Shown here piece by piece: positions 37,161 to 46,363 of a DNA stretch of 64,000 nt. Position 1 is the first letter of the stretch; the number at the start of each line of letters is the position of its first letter. Below the pieces are notes generated by a model. That model was not told the origin of the DNA and searched no databases. It saw only the letters and a list, made by a program, of their open reading frames with translations. Made by a program: the position numbers and the translations under genes. This DNA is from Candidatus Woesearchaeota archaeon (lineage in GTDB: Archaea; Nanobdellota; Nanobdellia; Woesearchaeales; ARS49): positions 1 through 64,000 of the forward strand of contig JAWADY010000003.1 in assembly GCA_038891615.1 (NCBI GenBank), given 5' to 3'.

Positions 37161-37529
37161 ATGGCAGAAGAGGCATGTAAAGACAGACATTGTAGCCGGC
37201 ATGGTGGACTATCTGTCCGCGGCAGAAGGTTTGTTGGCACTGTAATCTCTGCAAATATGCAAAGAACAGCTACTGTTGAATGGCCAAGAACCAAGTTTAT
37301 CAGAAAATATGAGAGATATGCCCGTGCACGTTCAAGGGTTAAAGCCCATAACCCTGATTGTATTGCAGCGAAGCCAGGCGATGTAGTCAGGATAGGCGAA
37401 TGTAGGAAAATCTCTAAAACAAAGTCCTTTGTCATACTAGAAAAAATTTCATCAGCTTTACCGGTTGAATTGCAGCAAAGGGCTGAAAAGGAGAGCAAAA
37501 AGATTGAGGCTGTTGGTGAAGAAAAATGA
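37161..37529 (+). CDS. rps17: 30S ribosomal protein S17
   Basis: C..HG.LSVRG, KYERY, ECRKISKTK. Confidence 0.96.
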   Translation: MAEEACKDRHCSRHGGLSVRGRRFVGTVISANMQRTATVEWPRTKFIRKYERYARARSRVKAHNPDCIAAKPGDVVRIGECRKISKTKSFVILEKISSALPVELQQRAEKESKKIEAVGEEK

Positions 37530-37927
37530 AAGCGCTTAAAGCACGAATTTGCAAAGGCTTGAACCATGGCTCAAGGATTATTTGTTGTGACAATTCTGGA
37601 GCCAAGCTCCTCAAGATAGTGAGCGTGAGAGGAGGAAAGCCTGTAAAAGGAAGAGCTCCAGCGGCAGGAGTTGGTGATTACATCCTCGCTTCTGTAGTCC
37701 AGGGAAAGCCTGATATAAGAAAACAAGTCGTGCCGGCAGTCATCGTTCGTCAACGGAAGGAGTATCGCAGAGCAAACGGCATTCGAATAAGGTTTGAGGA
37801 CAATGCGGCCGTTGTGCTAAAGGACGAGTTCGGCAATCTTCGTGGAACAATGGTAAAGGGCCCTGTTGCAAAGGAGGCTTGTGACAGATGGCCCAACATA
37901 GCAAAACTGGCTCAGATGATAGTCTAG
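37526..37927 (+). CDS. rpl14: 50S ribosomal protein L14
   Basis: DNSGAK, FEDNAAV, GPVAKE. Confidence 0.97.
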   Translation: MKALKARICKGLNHGSRIICCDNSGAKLLKIVSVRGGKPVKGRAPAAGVGDYILASVVQGKPDIRKQVVPAVIVRQRKEYRRANGIRIRFEDNAAVVLKDEFGNLRGTMVKGPVAKEACDRWPNIAKLAQMIV

Positions 37928-37935
37928 GTGCAAAA

Positions 37936-38328
37936 ATGGTCTGGTCTAAAGCTTGGACATCAAGCAAAAAACCAAGAAAGCAGAGAGCGTATGTAGCTAT
38001 GGCTCCCCTTCACGTGAAAAGGGCAAGTCTTGGTGCACATCTATCAAAGGAACTTGCAAAAAGATATGGGAGAAGGACTCTTGAGCTTAGGAAGGGAGAC
38101 CAAGTGATGGTTATGCGCGGTGAGTTCAAAAAGAAAATTGGAACCGTTGAGTGGGTTAACCTGAAAAAACCTGCTGTTAGAATTAGTGGTTTGGAGAGAA
38201 TAAGAAAAGATGGGAGTAAAGTAGGGGTTTTATTTCATCCATCAAAGCTTCAGATTATCCAGCTCGAGCTTTCGGATAAGCGCAGGGCTGAAAAGCTAAA
38301 GGTGATGGGAAGTGTCAAGGCATCTTAA
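37936..38328 (+). CDS. rpl24: 50S ribosomal protein L24
   Basis: SKKPRKQR, LSKEL, RKGDQV.VMRG, HPSK. Confidence 0.96.
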   Translation: MVWSKAWTSSKKPRKQRAYVAMAPLHVKRASLGAHLSKELAKRYGRRTLELRKGDQVMVMRGEFKKKIGTVEWVNLKKPAVRISGLERIRKDGSKVGVLFHPSKLQIIQLELSDKRRAEKLKVMGSVKAS

Positions 38329-38971
38329 GCGTCAGGCAGCACCAAAAAGCTGGCAATTGCTAAGAAAAGAAAGGAAATGGGTTACCAAACCAGCTCCTGG
38401 AAAGCACCCACTTGCTTTCAGTATCCCACTAGATTTTGCATTAAAAAAGATTGGGCTGGCTAAGACTTCTCGCGAGGTTAAACGAATACTCACGCTATCA
38501 GAGGTGCTTGTGGATGGAAGACGGGTGCGCGAGCCAAAGACTTGTCTTGGTCTAATGGATTTACTTACAATCACTCCACTTAGCAAAAGTTTTTTGGTTG
38601 TGCTAGACAGCAAAGGTTTGTTAAAGGTTGAAGAGTTGCCAGGAATTGAAAACAAAAAAGTATGCAAGATTGTTGGAAAAATAATTACAAAAGGTGGAAA
38701 GATACAGCTGCAGCTTTCCGATGGCAGAGTTGTTTCGCAACCAGCAGGCACAAGCTATTCTGTCGGAGATAGTCTCGTACTTTCGCTTCCTGAGCAGGGA
38801 ATAGTTGACCACTTGCCATTGAAAAAGGGCGCTCAAATCCTTCTTATTGGAGGGAAGCGAATTGGACAGAGGGCTGTTGTAGAAGATGTAAAGGAAAAAA
38901 GTGTCATATTTAAGGATGCTGCTGGGAGAGCTATTGAAGTTCCAAAAAAGGTTGCTTTTGTGCTAAAATGA
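38312..38971 (+). CDS. rps4e: 30S ribosomal protein S4e
   Basis: HLKR.AAP..W, P.PG.H, VLVDG, GLMD. Confidence 0.94.
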   Translation: MSRHLKRQAAPKSWQLLRKERKWVTKPAPGKHPLAFSIPLDFALKKIGLAKTSREVKRILTLSEVLVDGRRVREPKTCLGLMDLLTITPLSKSFLVVLDSKGLLKVEELPGIENKKVCKIVGKIITKGGKIQLQLSDGRVVSQPAGTSYSVGDSLVLSLPEQGIVDHLPLKKGAQILLIGGKRIGQRAVVEDVKEKSVIFKDAAGRAIEVPKKVAFVLK

Positions 38972-39480
38972 ATCCGATGAAAAAAATTCGGATAGAGAAA
39001 GTCACGCTCAACATTGGAGCTGGCAAAGACCAGGCAAAGCTTGAAAGAGGGATTGCTTTGCTGAAACACATCACAGGGCGCACCCCAATCAAAACAGTAA
39101 CAAAGAAAAGGATACCTGAATGGGGCCTTCGGCCTGGCCTTCCAATAGGATGCAAACTAACTCTTAGAAAGGCAGCTGCGCACGAGCTGTTGCAAAGGCT
39201 ACTTAGGGCGAAAAAGCTTGAGCTTAATGAAAGTCAGTTTGATGCGGCAGGCAACATCTCTTTTGGCATTGAAGAGTACATAGACATTCCTAATGTCGCT
39301 TATGTTCCAGAGATAGGCATTATGGGTCTTCAGGTGTGTGTGACCCTTGAAAGACCTGGCTACAGGGTTAAGCGGAGAAGGTTGATGCGAGCCGAAATTG
39401 GCAAAAAGCATCTTATTGCGAAACAAGAGGCAATGGAATTCATGAAAAAAGAATTCGGGGTAAAGATAGTTGGGGGTTAA
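38968..39480 (+). CDS. rpl5: 50S ribosomal protein L5
   Basis: NPM....[20 protein letters not shown]. Confidence 0.97.
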   Translation: MNPMKKIRIEKVTLNIGAGKDQAKLERGIALLKHITGRTPIKTVTKKRIPEWGLRPGLPIGCKLTLRKAAAHELLQRLLRAKKLELNESQFDAAGNISFGIEEYIDIPNVAYVPEIGIMGLQVCVTLERPGYRVKRRRLMRAEIGKKHLIAKQEAMEFMKKEFGVKIVGG

Positions 39481-39481
39481 A

Positions 39482-39712
39482 ATGACAAGAAAAGACTACT
39501 CAAAGGCTATTGCACAGCTCAAGGCAAAACCTGCAAAGCTTGCCAAGTATTTAAAACATAATGCCAGAAAAATTCGGCCAACTGGAAGTTTGCTCAAAAG
39601 ATGCAGTAGGTGCGGTAGATTTGGTGGTCATATTTCAAGCTACGGCTTAGGTTTATGCAGATGTTGCTTTAGAGAAATAGCGGCAAGCATTGGTTTTAGA
39701 AAATATCATTAA
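39482..39712 (+). CDS. rps14: 30S ribosomal protein S14 (Zn-binding, N-terminally extended)
   Basis: C..CG.......YGL.LCR.CFRE.A..IGF.KY. Confidence 0.95.
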   Translation: MTRKDYSKAIAQLKAKPAKLAKYLKHNARKIRPTGSLLKRCSRCGRFGGHISSYGLGLCRCCFREIAASIGFRKYH

Positions 39713-39721
39713 GGTGAGAAG

Positions 39722-40111
39722 ATGCTCAACGACCCTTTATCAAATGTGCTTTCAACAATACTGAGTTATGAAAAGATTGGCAAGAGGTCTGTGCTTTTAC
39801 GACCTGCTTCAAAAATGGTAAAGGCTGTTTTGGATTTGCTTAATAAGGAAGGGTATGTTGGAAGCTATGAAACGGAATCAACCGCGCGTGGGGGTCTGCT
39901 AAAACTCAATCTTCTTGGTCAAATAAACAAATGCGGAGTCGTCAAGCCACGCTTTTCAGTCAAAAAGAACGGTTTTGAAAAGTTTGAGCGGAGATATTTG
40001 CCTGCAAGAGGAATGGGGATACTTATCGTTTCTACGCAAAAAGGATTGATGAGTCACGAAGAAGCAAAGCGTTTAGGGCTCGGAGGAAAGCTGATAGCTT
40101 ATTGCTATTAA
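39722..40111 (+). CDS. rps8: 30S ribosomal protein S8
   Basis: DPLSN, INKCGVVKPRF, ST.KGLMSH, GGKLIAY.Y. Confidence 0.97.
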   Translation: MLNDPLSNVLSTILSYEKIGKRSVLLRPASKMVKAVLDLLNKEGYVGSYETESTARGGLLKLNLLGQINKCGVVKPRFSVKKNGFEKFERRYLPARGMGILIVSTQKGLMSHEEAKRLGLGGKLIAYCY

Positions 40112-40112
40112 A

Positions 40113-40646
40113 ATGAAAACAACAATTATCGAAAAGATTGCTATTCCAGAAGGAGTGAACATTGAGCTAGTTGGAGGACTACTAAAAGTTAATGGGGCCG
40201 CAGGCAGCTGTTCAAGGAATTTTTCGGACCCAAAAGTAAGGCTTTCACAAGAAGGCAGGGAACTTGTACTCATTGCAGAGCGTGTGACGAAACGGGAGAA
40301 GGCAAAGCTTTACTCCTTTGTTTCACATATTAGAAACATGATAAAAGGCTGTCAGAAAAAATTCAGATATGTGTTGAAAATATGTTCAGGTCATTTTCCG
40401 ATGAATGTTTCTATACAAGGCAGCTCGCTTGTTGTAAAAAATTTTCTAGGCGAAAAGTCTCCAAGAATTGTAAGGTTGAGGCAAGGAGTCGATGTGAGGG
40501 TTGAAGGCGACAAGATTTTTGTGGAATCTCCAGATATTGAACTTGCAGGCCAGACGGCTGCAGATATAGAACTGGCCATAAGGGCGCGTGGTAAAGACCA
40601 GAGGGTTTTTCAAGACGGGATTTACATAGTTGAGAAAGGCGGTTGA
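40113..40646 (+). CDS. rpl6: 50S ribosomal protein L6
   Basis: HFPM, NFLGEK, D.RVFQDGIYI. Confidence 0.96.
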   Translation: MKTTIIEKIAIPEGVNIELVGGLLKVNGAAGSCSRNFSDPKVRLSQEGRELVLIAERVTKREKAKLYSFVSHIRNMIKGCQKKFRYVLKICSGHFPMNVSIQGSSLVVKNFLGEKSPRIVRLRQGVDVRVEGDKIFVESPDIELAGQTAADIELAIRARGKDQRVFQDGIYIVEKGG

Positions 40647-40647
40647 T

Positions 40648-41250
40648 ATGGTTGAAGCTAAAAGTGAAAAAGACGAAAAGAAAAACAAAGACGGATTGAA
40701 AGGGCTTCTGCAGCTTAGGGCGCAGATAAAATCAAAGAAGCCAGAATTTGTTAGGCAGGATTTTGGCAAAAAATTGCGCTTAGCAAAAACATGGAGAAAA
40801 CCAAAGGGTTTGCATAGTAAACTAAGACATCACATAAAAGGACAAGGGCGAAAACCAGAGCCTGGATGGGGAAGCCCATCCGAGGTTAAGGGGTTGCAAA
40901 ACGACTTAATACCAGTCCTTGTTCATAACATTCAGGAAATTGATAGACTTGAGCCAAAGAGACATGGAGCGGTAATAGCATCATCTGTTGGGATCAAAAA
41001 AAAGATTGAAATTGTAAAGGTAGCCCTTCAGAGAAATATAACGCTGCTCAATCTGAAGGATGCGCCTTCCTGGCTTTCCGCACAAGAGCAGGCAATCCTT
41101 GCGAAAAGGCAACAGAAGTCTTTGCCAAAGCCAAAAGAAGGTTCAGTCGTTGAAAGCAAAGTCTCTCCTGCGTCTAAAGAGCGCTCGGCGGAAGAAAAGG
41201 CGGTAATTGAAAAAGAAGAAAAGGATAAAATCCTAACAAAAAGGATATGA
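40648..41250 (+). CDS. rpl32e: 50S ribosomal protein L32e with a C-terminal extension
   Basis: KPEFVRQD, WRKPKGLHSKLR, GWGSP. Confidence 0.94.
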   Translation: MVEAKSEKDEKKNKDGLKGLLQLRAQIKSKKPEFVRQDFGKKLRLAKTWRKPKGLHSKLRHHIKGQGRKPEPGWGSPSEVKGLQNDLIPVLVHNIQEIDRLEPKRHGAVIASSVGIKKKIEIVKVALQRNITLLNLKDAPSWLSAQEQAILAKRQQKSLPKPKEGSVVESKVSPASKERSAEEKAVIEKEEKDKILTKRI

Positions 41251-41257
41251 GGTTAAA

Positions 41258-41695
41258 ATGATGCAAAAACGACTCGCGAGCCAACTTCTGAAGTGTTCGC
41301 CAAAAAGAGTTTGGCTTGATCCGGCAAAGATGTCTGAGATCAAGGAGGCAATAACAAAAGCAGATGTTAGAAGGCTTATTTCTATAGGAGCCATTGCTGA
41401 AAAGGCTGCAAAACACACCTCAAGATGGCATGCTAGGGTTATAAAGGCTCAAAAATCAAAGGGACGGCGCAAAGGCAAAGGGAGTAGGCAAGGAAGCCAC
41501 GGAGCCAGAGCTTCTCCAAAAAAAGTTTGGGCAGCAGTGGTTAGGCTTCAGCGGGAGTTCGTAAAAAGACTTCATGCCAAGGCTATAATTCCAACAAAGG
41601 TTTATCATGAGCTTTATGCAAAAATTAAGGGAGGCTTTTTCAGAAGTAAAAGGCACATTGGCTTGTATTTGAAGGAACGAGGGTTGATTAAATGA
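41258..41695 (+). CDS. rpl19e: 50S ribosomal protein L19e
   Basis: QKRLA...L......RVWLDP, AITKADVR.LI, KGG.F. Confidence 0.96.
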   Translation: MMQKRLASQLLKCSPKRVWLDPAKMSEIKEAITKADVRRLISIGAIAEKAAKHTSRWHARVIKAQKSKGRRKGKGSRQGSHGARASPKKVWAAVVRLQREFVKRLHAKAIIPTKVYHELYAKIKGGFFRSKRHIGLYLKERGLIK

Positions 41696-42318
41696 GGCAG
41701 AATTATACCGTCAAATTTAGAAGAAAGCTGAGCGGCAAGACAAATTATCACATAAGGCTCAAGCTGCTTAGTTCTGGGTTGCCCAGGCTTGTTATCCGTA
41801 AGTCTCTTCACAACCTTGTTGTCCAGATTGTGCTTTTTGAAGAGAATGGCGATAAGGTTGTTTCTTCAGCACACACGCGCGAACTCATTAAATTGGGCTG
41901 GAAAGCTTCAAGGGACAATTTGCCCGCAGCATATCTTTGCGGACTGCTTGCTGGAAAAAAGGCGCTTGCAAAAAATATTTCAAAATGCATTGCAGACATT
42001 GGAATGCAAGCCTCGACATCCGGCTCGAGGATTTATGCTGCTTTAAAAGGTGCGCTTGATGCAGGCTTAAGTATTCCTGTTGCACCAGATATTCTCCCAT
42101 CATACGAACGTGTTTCAGGGAGAGACATTGAAAGCTGGGCGCTAAAGCTTAAGCAGCAATCAGTGGAAAGATATAAAAGAGTCTTTTCGCAATACCTCAG
42201 AAACGGACTTGAGCCTGAAAGAATTTCAGAACATTTTGAACAGCTCAAGGCGAAGATAATACAAAATGTAGAGCTAAAACAAGTTGGTAAAGAAACAAAC
42301 ATCGCAACAGGGGGCTGA
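41692..42318 (+). CDS. rpl18: 50S ribosomal protein L18
   Basis: GKTNY..RLKL, NLPAAYL.G, ALKGALDAGL. Confidence 0.96.
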   Translation: MRQNYTVKFRRKLSGKTNYHIRLKLLSSGLPRLVIRKSLHNLVVQIVLFEENGDKVVSSAHTRELIKLGWKASRDNLPAAYLCGLLAGKKALAKNISKCIADIGMQASTSGSRIYAALKGALDAGLSIPVAPDILPSYERVSGRDIESWALKLKQQSVERYKRVFSQYLRNGLEPERISEHFEQLKAKIIQNVELKQVGKETNIATGG

Positions 42319-42325
42319 GCCTAAA

Positions 42326-43234
42326 ATGGCTGAGGACAAAAACGCTAAAGCCGCTACAAAAAAGTCAGCAAGGTTTGCTGAAGAACATGAAAAACAGATA
42401 GTCAAAACTCTTGATGTTCCAAAAGAGGCCGCACCTGCAGTTGTTCCAGTCGAAGGAGCCAAGGAGATAAAACTTGAAGTTGAAAAGGATGTTTTTACAG
42501 AAATACCCAGTGAAGAAGAGCTTGGGAAAAAAGCAAAACCAGCTTTTGATATCCTTGCATGGCAGCCAAGAACGTCAATCGGCAAGATGGTAAAGGAAGG
42601 TAAGATAACTTCGATAGACCACCTGCTTGACAATGGTCTGAGAATTCTTGAGCCTGGGATTGTTGATGCACTTCTTCCTGGACTGGAGGTCGAGCTGCTA
42701 ATGATTGGACAGTCTAAAGGAAAATTTGGCGGTGGACAAAGAAGAATTTTCAAACAAACTCAGCACAAGACTCCTGAAGGAAACAGACCAGCGTTTTCCA
42801 CAATAGCTGTTGTCGGAAATTATAATGGCTATGTTGGCTGTGGTTTTGGAAAAGCAAAGGATACCTTGCCCGCACGTGAAAAGGCAATAAGAAATGCAAA
42901 GCTTAGCATTTTCAAAATCATGAGGGGGTGTGGAAGTTGGGAATGTGGTTGTGGAACTCCGCACTCAATACCATTTATGGTTGAAGGAAAATGTGGTTCT
43001 ATTAGAATGAAGCTGCTACCTGCTCCAAAAGGAACTGGCCTTTGTGTACAGAAGGAATGTGCAAAAATGATAAAACTTGCAGGGATAAAAGACATCCATT
43101 CTGTTGTATTTGGCCAGACAAGATCTGCAATAAATCTTGTCTTTGCATGCGTTGAAGCGCTTAAGGCCTTGACAAAAAGCAAAATAAGGGCTCATGAGCG
43201 TGAAAGGTTGAGCATAGCTGAAGCAGCAGTTTGA
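42326..43234 (+). CDS. rps5: 30S ribosomal protein S5 with an N-terminal extension
   Basis: W.PRT.IG, RGCGSWEC.C..PHS, PAPKGTGL. Confidence 0.96.
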   Translation: MAEDKNAKAATKKSARFAEEHEKQIVKTLDVPKEAAPAVVPVEGAKEIKLEVEKDVFTEIPSEEELGKKAKPAFDILAWQPRTSIGKMVKEGKITSIDHLLDNGLRILEPGIVDALLPGLEVELLMIGQSKGKFGGGQRRIFKQTQHKTPEGNRPAFSTIAVVGNYNGYVGCGFGKAKDTLPAREKAIRNAKLSIFKIMRGCGSWECGCGTPHSIPFMVEGKCGSIRMKLLPAPKGTGLCVQKECAKMIKLAGIKDIHSVVFGQTRSAINLVFACVEALKALTKSKIRAHERERLSIAEAAV

Positions 43235-43257
43235 TGCAAAGCAGCCAAAGGTGTTAA

Positions 43258-43671
43258 ATGGCAAAGAGCAATATCTCAGCTGGCATCGGTGGGAATAAGG
43301 AAAAGTCAAAAACGACTGACAAAAAAATAGCAATTATTAGGATAAAGACATCTCCAATGGCTTCTGAAAGGGTAAATCGCACGCTGCATTTGCTTGGTCT
43401 TCACAAAAAATATTTTTGTGTGGTGAGACAAGACAGTCAGGTTTTGAGAGGAATGCTTGCAAAGGTCAGCCCATACGTGACTTGGGGAGAGATTGATGAT
43501 AAAACTCTTAAAATTCTTGAAGGCAAAAAAGGTAGTGGCAGGCGATTTTATCGACTTCATCCTCCAAGAGGTGGTTTTGAGCGAAAAGGAATCAAACTTC
43601 CTTTTAGCCTTGGTGGGGCTTACGGCGAAAGGGGAGATGCAATAAACGCTCTCATTCAGAGAATGTTATGA
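43258..43671 (+). CDS. rpl30: 50S ribosomal protein L30
   Basis: TL.LLGL, VTWGE, RLHPPRGG, YG.RG..IN.LI.RM. Confidence 0.94.
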   Translation: MAKSNISAGIGGNKEKSKTTDKKIAIIRIKTSPMASERVNRTLHLLGLHKKYFCVVRQDSQVLRGMLAKVSPYVTWGEIDDKTLKILEGKKGSGRRFYRLHPPRGGFERKGIKLPFSLGGAYGERGDAINALIQRML

Positions 43672-43697
43672 TAGATTTTAGTTAAGGTGTTAAAAGA

Positions 43698-44177
43698 ATG
43701 GTTGTAAAAAAGCGCAAAAAGAACACGAGACTGAAGGGCTCCAGGAGGTGGGGCTGGGGAAGAATGCACCGAGGTTCTGGCCAGCGTGGTGGAGCTGGTA
43801 TGTCAGCAACAGGAAAGAAGGCGCAAGCAAAAAAGCCATCAGTATGGGGCACTGGCTGGCTGGGCAAGTCGGGCTTTAAGCCGAAGGGTCCCATTACAAT
43901 TTATAAACAAATTAACATAAAAGAGCTCGAGGATAGGCTTGAAAGGCTTATCGCGCTGGGAGCCGCTCGAATAGAAGGTGAGAAAATATTTATCGATCTT
44001 TCCAAGGCTGGATATAATAAGCTTCTTAGCACAGGTAAGCCAAGCCACAAGTATGTCATAAGGGTTGAGATGGCTTCTGAAAGCGCAAGGCAGAAAATAA
44101 GCGCGCTTGGTGGAAGTGTTGAGTTGGCCGATGCTAAAAAAGGCCAAAAGGCAGCAGTCGGCTTTGAGAGTAGATAA
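43698..44177 (+). CDS. rpl15: 50S ribosomal protein L15
   Basis: GSR..GWG..HRGSG.RGG.G, GK.GF, KLL.TG. Confidence 0.95.
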   Translation: MVVKKRKKNTRLKGSRRWGWGRMHRGSGQRGGAGMSATGKKAQAKKPSVWGTGWLGKSGFKPKGPITIYKQINIKELEDRLERLIALGAARIEGEKIFIDLSKAGYNKLLSTGKPSHKYVIRVEMASESARQKISALGGSVELADAKKGQKAAVGFESR

Positions 44178-44183
44178 CCCAAA

Positions 44184-45578
44184 ATGGGATTCATCCAAAA
44201 GCTTGCAGGGCTGTTGCCAGAGGTTGCAAGGCCAACCCAGCGAAGGCTGAGTTTTAAAGAAAAGCTAAAATGGACTTTGATAATCCTCGTGCTTTTTTTT
44301 GCGCTCTCACTTGTGCCGCTCTTTGGGCTTGGCGAAAATGCGCTTCAGCAGTTTGAGTTTCTTTCGGTCATTCTTGGAGCAAGCTTTGGTTCGCTACTTA
44401 GTCTTGGGATTGGACCATTGGTTACAGCTTCGATAGTTCTACAGCTTTTGAACGGTTCAGGACTTGTGCGTTTTGATGTTTCCACACACGAAGGGAGAGC
44501 AAACTTTCAGGCAACGCAAAAAGTCCTATCAATTTTTTTCATACTTTTTGAAGCCGCAATATATGTCTTTATGTCAGGTCTTGCGCCATCCGAAAGTCTC
44601 AGAGGTACGGCAACATACCTAGCTTTGCAGCTTATGCTCGTTTTCCAGCTTTTTCTTGGAGGGCTGCTAGTGATGCTAATGGATGAAGTTGTGAGCAAAT
44701 GGGGTTTTGGCTCAGGCATATCTCTTTTCATAGCTGCAGGGGTTTCGCAATCAATATTTATTAGAACTTTTTCCCCGCTTCCTTCTCCAACTAACCCAAG
44801 CATAATGACTGGGGCAATACCCGCGCTTTTCCAAAGCCTCGGCGCTGGAGACCCAAAAACAGCCTTTTTGATGCTCGCCGCTATCGCTGCCACTGTTGCT
44901 GTTTTTGCAATAGCTGTTTTTGCTCAGTCGATGAAAGTTGAAATCCCTTTATCTTTCGGCCGAATAAGGGGCCATGGAATCCGATGGCCATTAAGTTTCC
45001 TTTACACATCAAACATCCCAGTAATACTTGTGGCGGCGTTGCTTGCAAACATACGGCTATGGGCAAGGCTTTTTCAAAATTGGGGTTTTCCCATTCTTGG
45101 GACTTACATTGGAAATGTTCCTGCAACAGGGTTAGTCGCACTGCTTAGCCCTCCAAACATTGTTGAGAAGCTAATAAAGGGCAGCCTCACTTTTGGAGAC
45201 ATTGGTACGACGATTGTTTATCTTTCCTTTTTCATTCTGGGTTGTGTTCTTTTTGGATGGTTCTGGGTTCAGACTGCAGGAATGGATGCGAGAAGCCAGG
45301 CAAAGCAAATGATATCCTCTGGATTGCAGATTCCTGGATTCAGGAGGGATGAACGTGTACTTGAGGCTGTTCTTAACAGATATGTAACACCATTGACAGT
45401 AATGGGTTCGATAGCGGTTGGCTTGCTTGCTGCACTTGCCGATGTCTCAGGCGCACTTACATCTGGAACAGGCCTGCTTCTAACTGTCATGATTGTTTAT
45501 AGGTTGTATGAGGATATAGCTAGGCAGCACATGATGGATATGAACCCTGTGCTTAGGAAGTTTATGGGTGGTGAGTGA
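44184..45578 (+). CDS. secY: preprotein translocase subunit SecY
   Basis: LGIGPLVTASIVLQLL, KWGFGSGISLFIA, YTSNIPVIL, IPGFR, GTGLLL.V. Confidence 0.98.
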   Translation: MGFIQKLAGLLPEVARPTQRRLSFKEKLKWTLIILVLFFALSLVPLFGLGENALQQFEFLSVILGASFGSLLSLGIGPLVTASIVLQLLNGSGLVRFDVSTHEGRANFQATQKVLSIFFILFEAAIYVFMSGLAPSESLRGTATYLALQLMLVFQLFLGGLLVMLMDEVVSKWGFGSGISLFIAAGVSQSIFIRTFSPLPSPTNPSIMTGAIPALFQSLGAGDPKTAFLMLAAIAATVAVFAIAVFAQSMKVEIPLSFGRIRGHGIRWPLSFLYTSNIPVILVAALLANIRLWARLFQNWGFPILGTYIGNVPATGLVALLSPPNIVEKLIKGSLTFGDIGTTIVYLSFFILGCVLFGWFWVQTAGMDARSQAKQMISSGLQIPGFRRDERVLEAVLNRYVTPLTVMGSIAVGLLAALADVSGALTSGTGLLLTVMIVYRLYEDIARQHMMDMNPVLRKFMGGE

Positions 45579-45582
45579 ACAA

Positions 45583-46344
45583 ATGGTTTTGGGCTTTATT
45601 AACAAACTGTTCGATTTTCTTTTTGGGCCCCTGCTAAAGCTTTCACCTCTCTTGACAGTCCTTGTGATATCTTTTGTTATTTCGCTCCTAACCGTGCTTA
45701 TCTACAAGTGGACCACAAACCAACAGCTTATGAAACAACTCAAGGAAGAACTAAAAGCCTTTCAGCAACAAATTAGGCAACTCAAAGATCACCCAGAGGA
45801 AGCACTTGAGGTTCAGAAAAAAATGATGGAAACAAACATGAGATATATGAGACACTCATTCAAGCCAATGCTATTTACTTTCCTGCCAATAATCCTTCTT
45901 TTTGGCTGGATGAATGCCCATCTTGCTTATGAGCCAATCAAGCCTGGTCAGGAATTTTCTGTAGCACTTAATTTTGCAAAAGGAACGCGCGGAAGCCTTA
46001 ATGTCAGCTTGCCTGAAGGACTCACACTCCTAGAAAACAAAACAGTTGAGTTAGAGAGCGATACTACAATCCTTAGAATGAAGGCTGAGAAAGAGGGACG
46101 CTATCTTCTTGAGTTTGATATAGAAGGGAAAAGCTATACAAAAGAGCTTCTGGTATCTACGCAAAGAGTTTATGCAAAACCAATTGAATCCTATAGGACC
46201 CTTCCTCTAAAATCAATCAGAATAGGCAACCCCCCTGCAAAACTCTTGAATCTTGGCTTTGTCAGGCTCGGTTGGCTCTGGACTTATATACTTTTCTCAA
46301 TAACTTTTTCCATCCTTTTGAGAAAAGCTTTAAGGGTTTACTGA
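45583..46344 (+). CDS. DUF106/EMC3-TMCO1 (Oxa1-superfamily) membrane protein
   Basis: TM-coiled coil-SFKPMLFTFLPII...GWLWTY; position after secY. Confidence 0.88.
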   Translation: MVLGFINKLFDFLFGPLLKLSPLLTVLVISFVISLLTVLIYKWTTNQQLMKQLKEELKAFQQQIRQLKDHPEEALEVQKKMMETNMRYMRHSFKPMLFTFLPIILLFGWMNAHLAYEPIKPGQEFSVALNFAKGTRGSLNVSLPEGLTLLENKTVELESDTTILRMKAEKEGRYLLEFDIEGKSYTKELLVSTQRVYAKPIESYRTLPLKSIRIGNPPAKLLNLGFVRLGWLWTYILFSITFSILLRKALRVY

Positions 46345-46363
46345 AAAGCTTCTACTAAACCAC

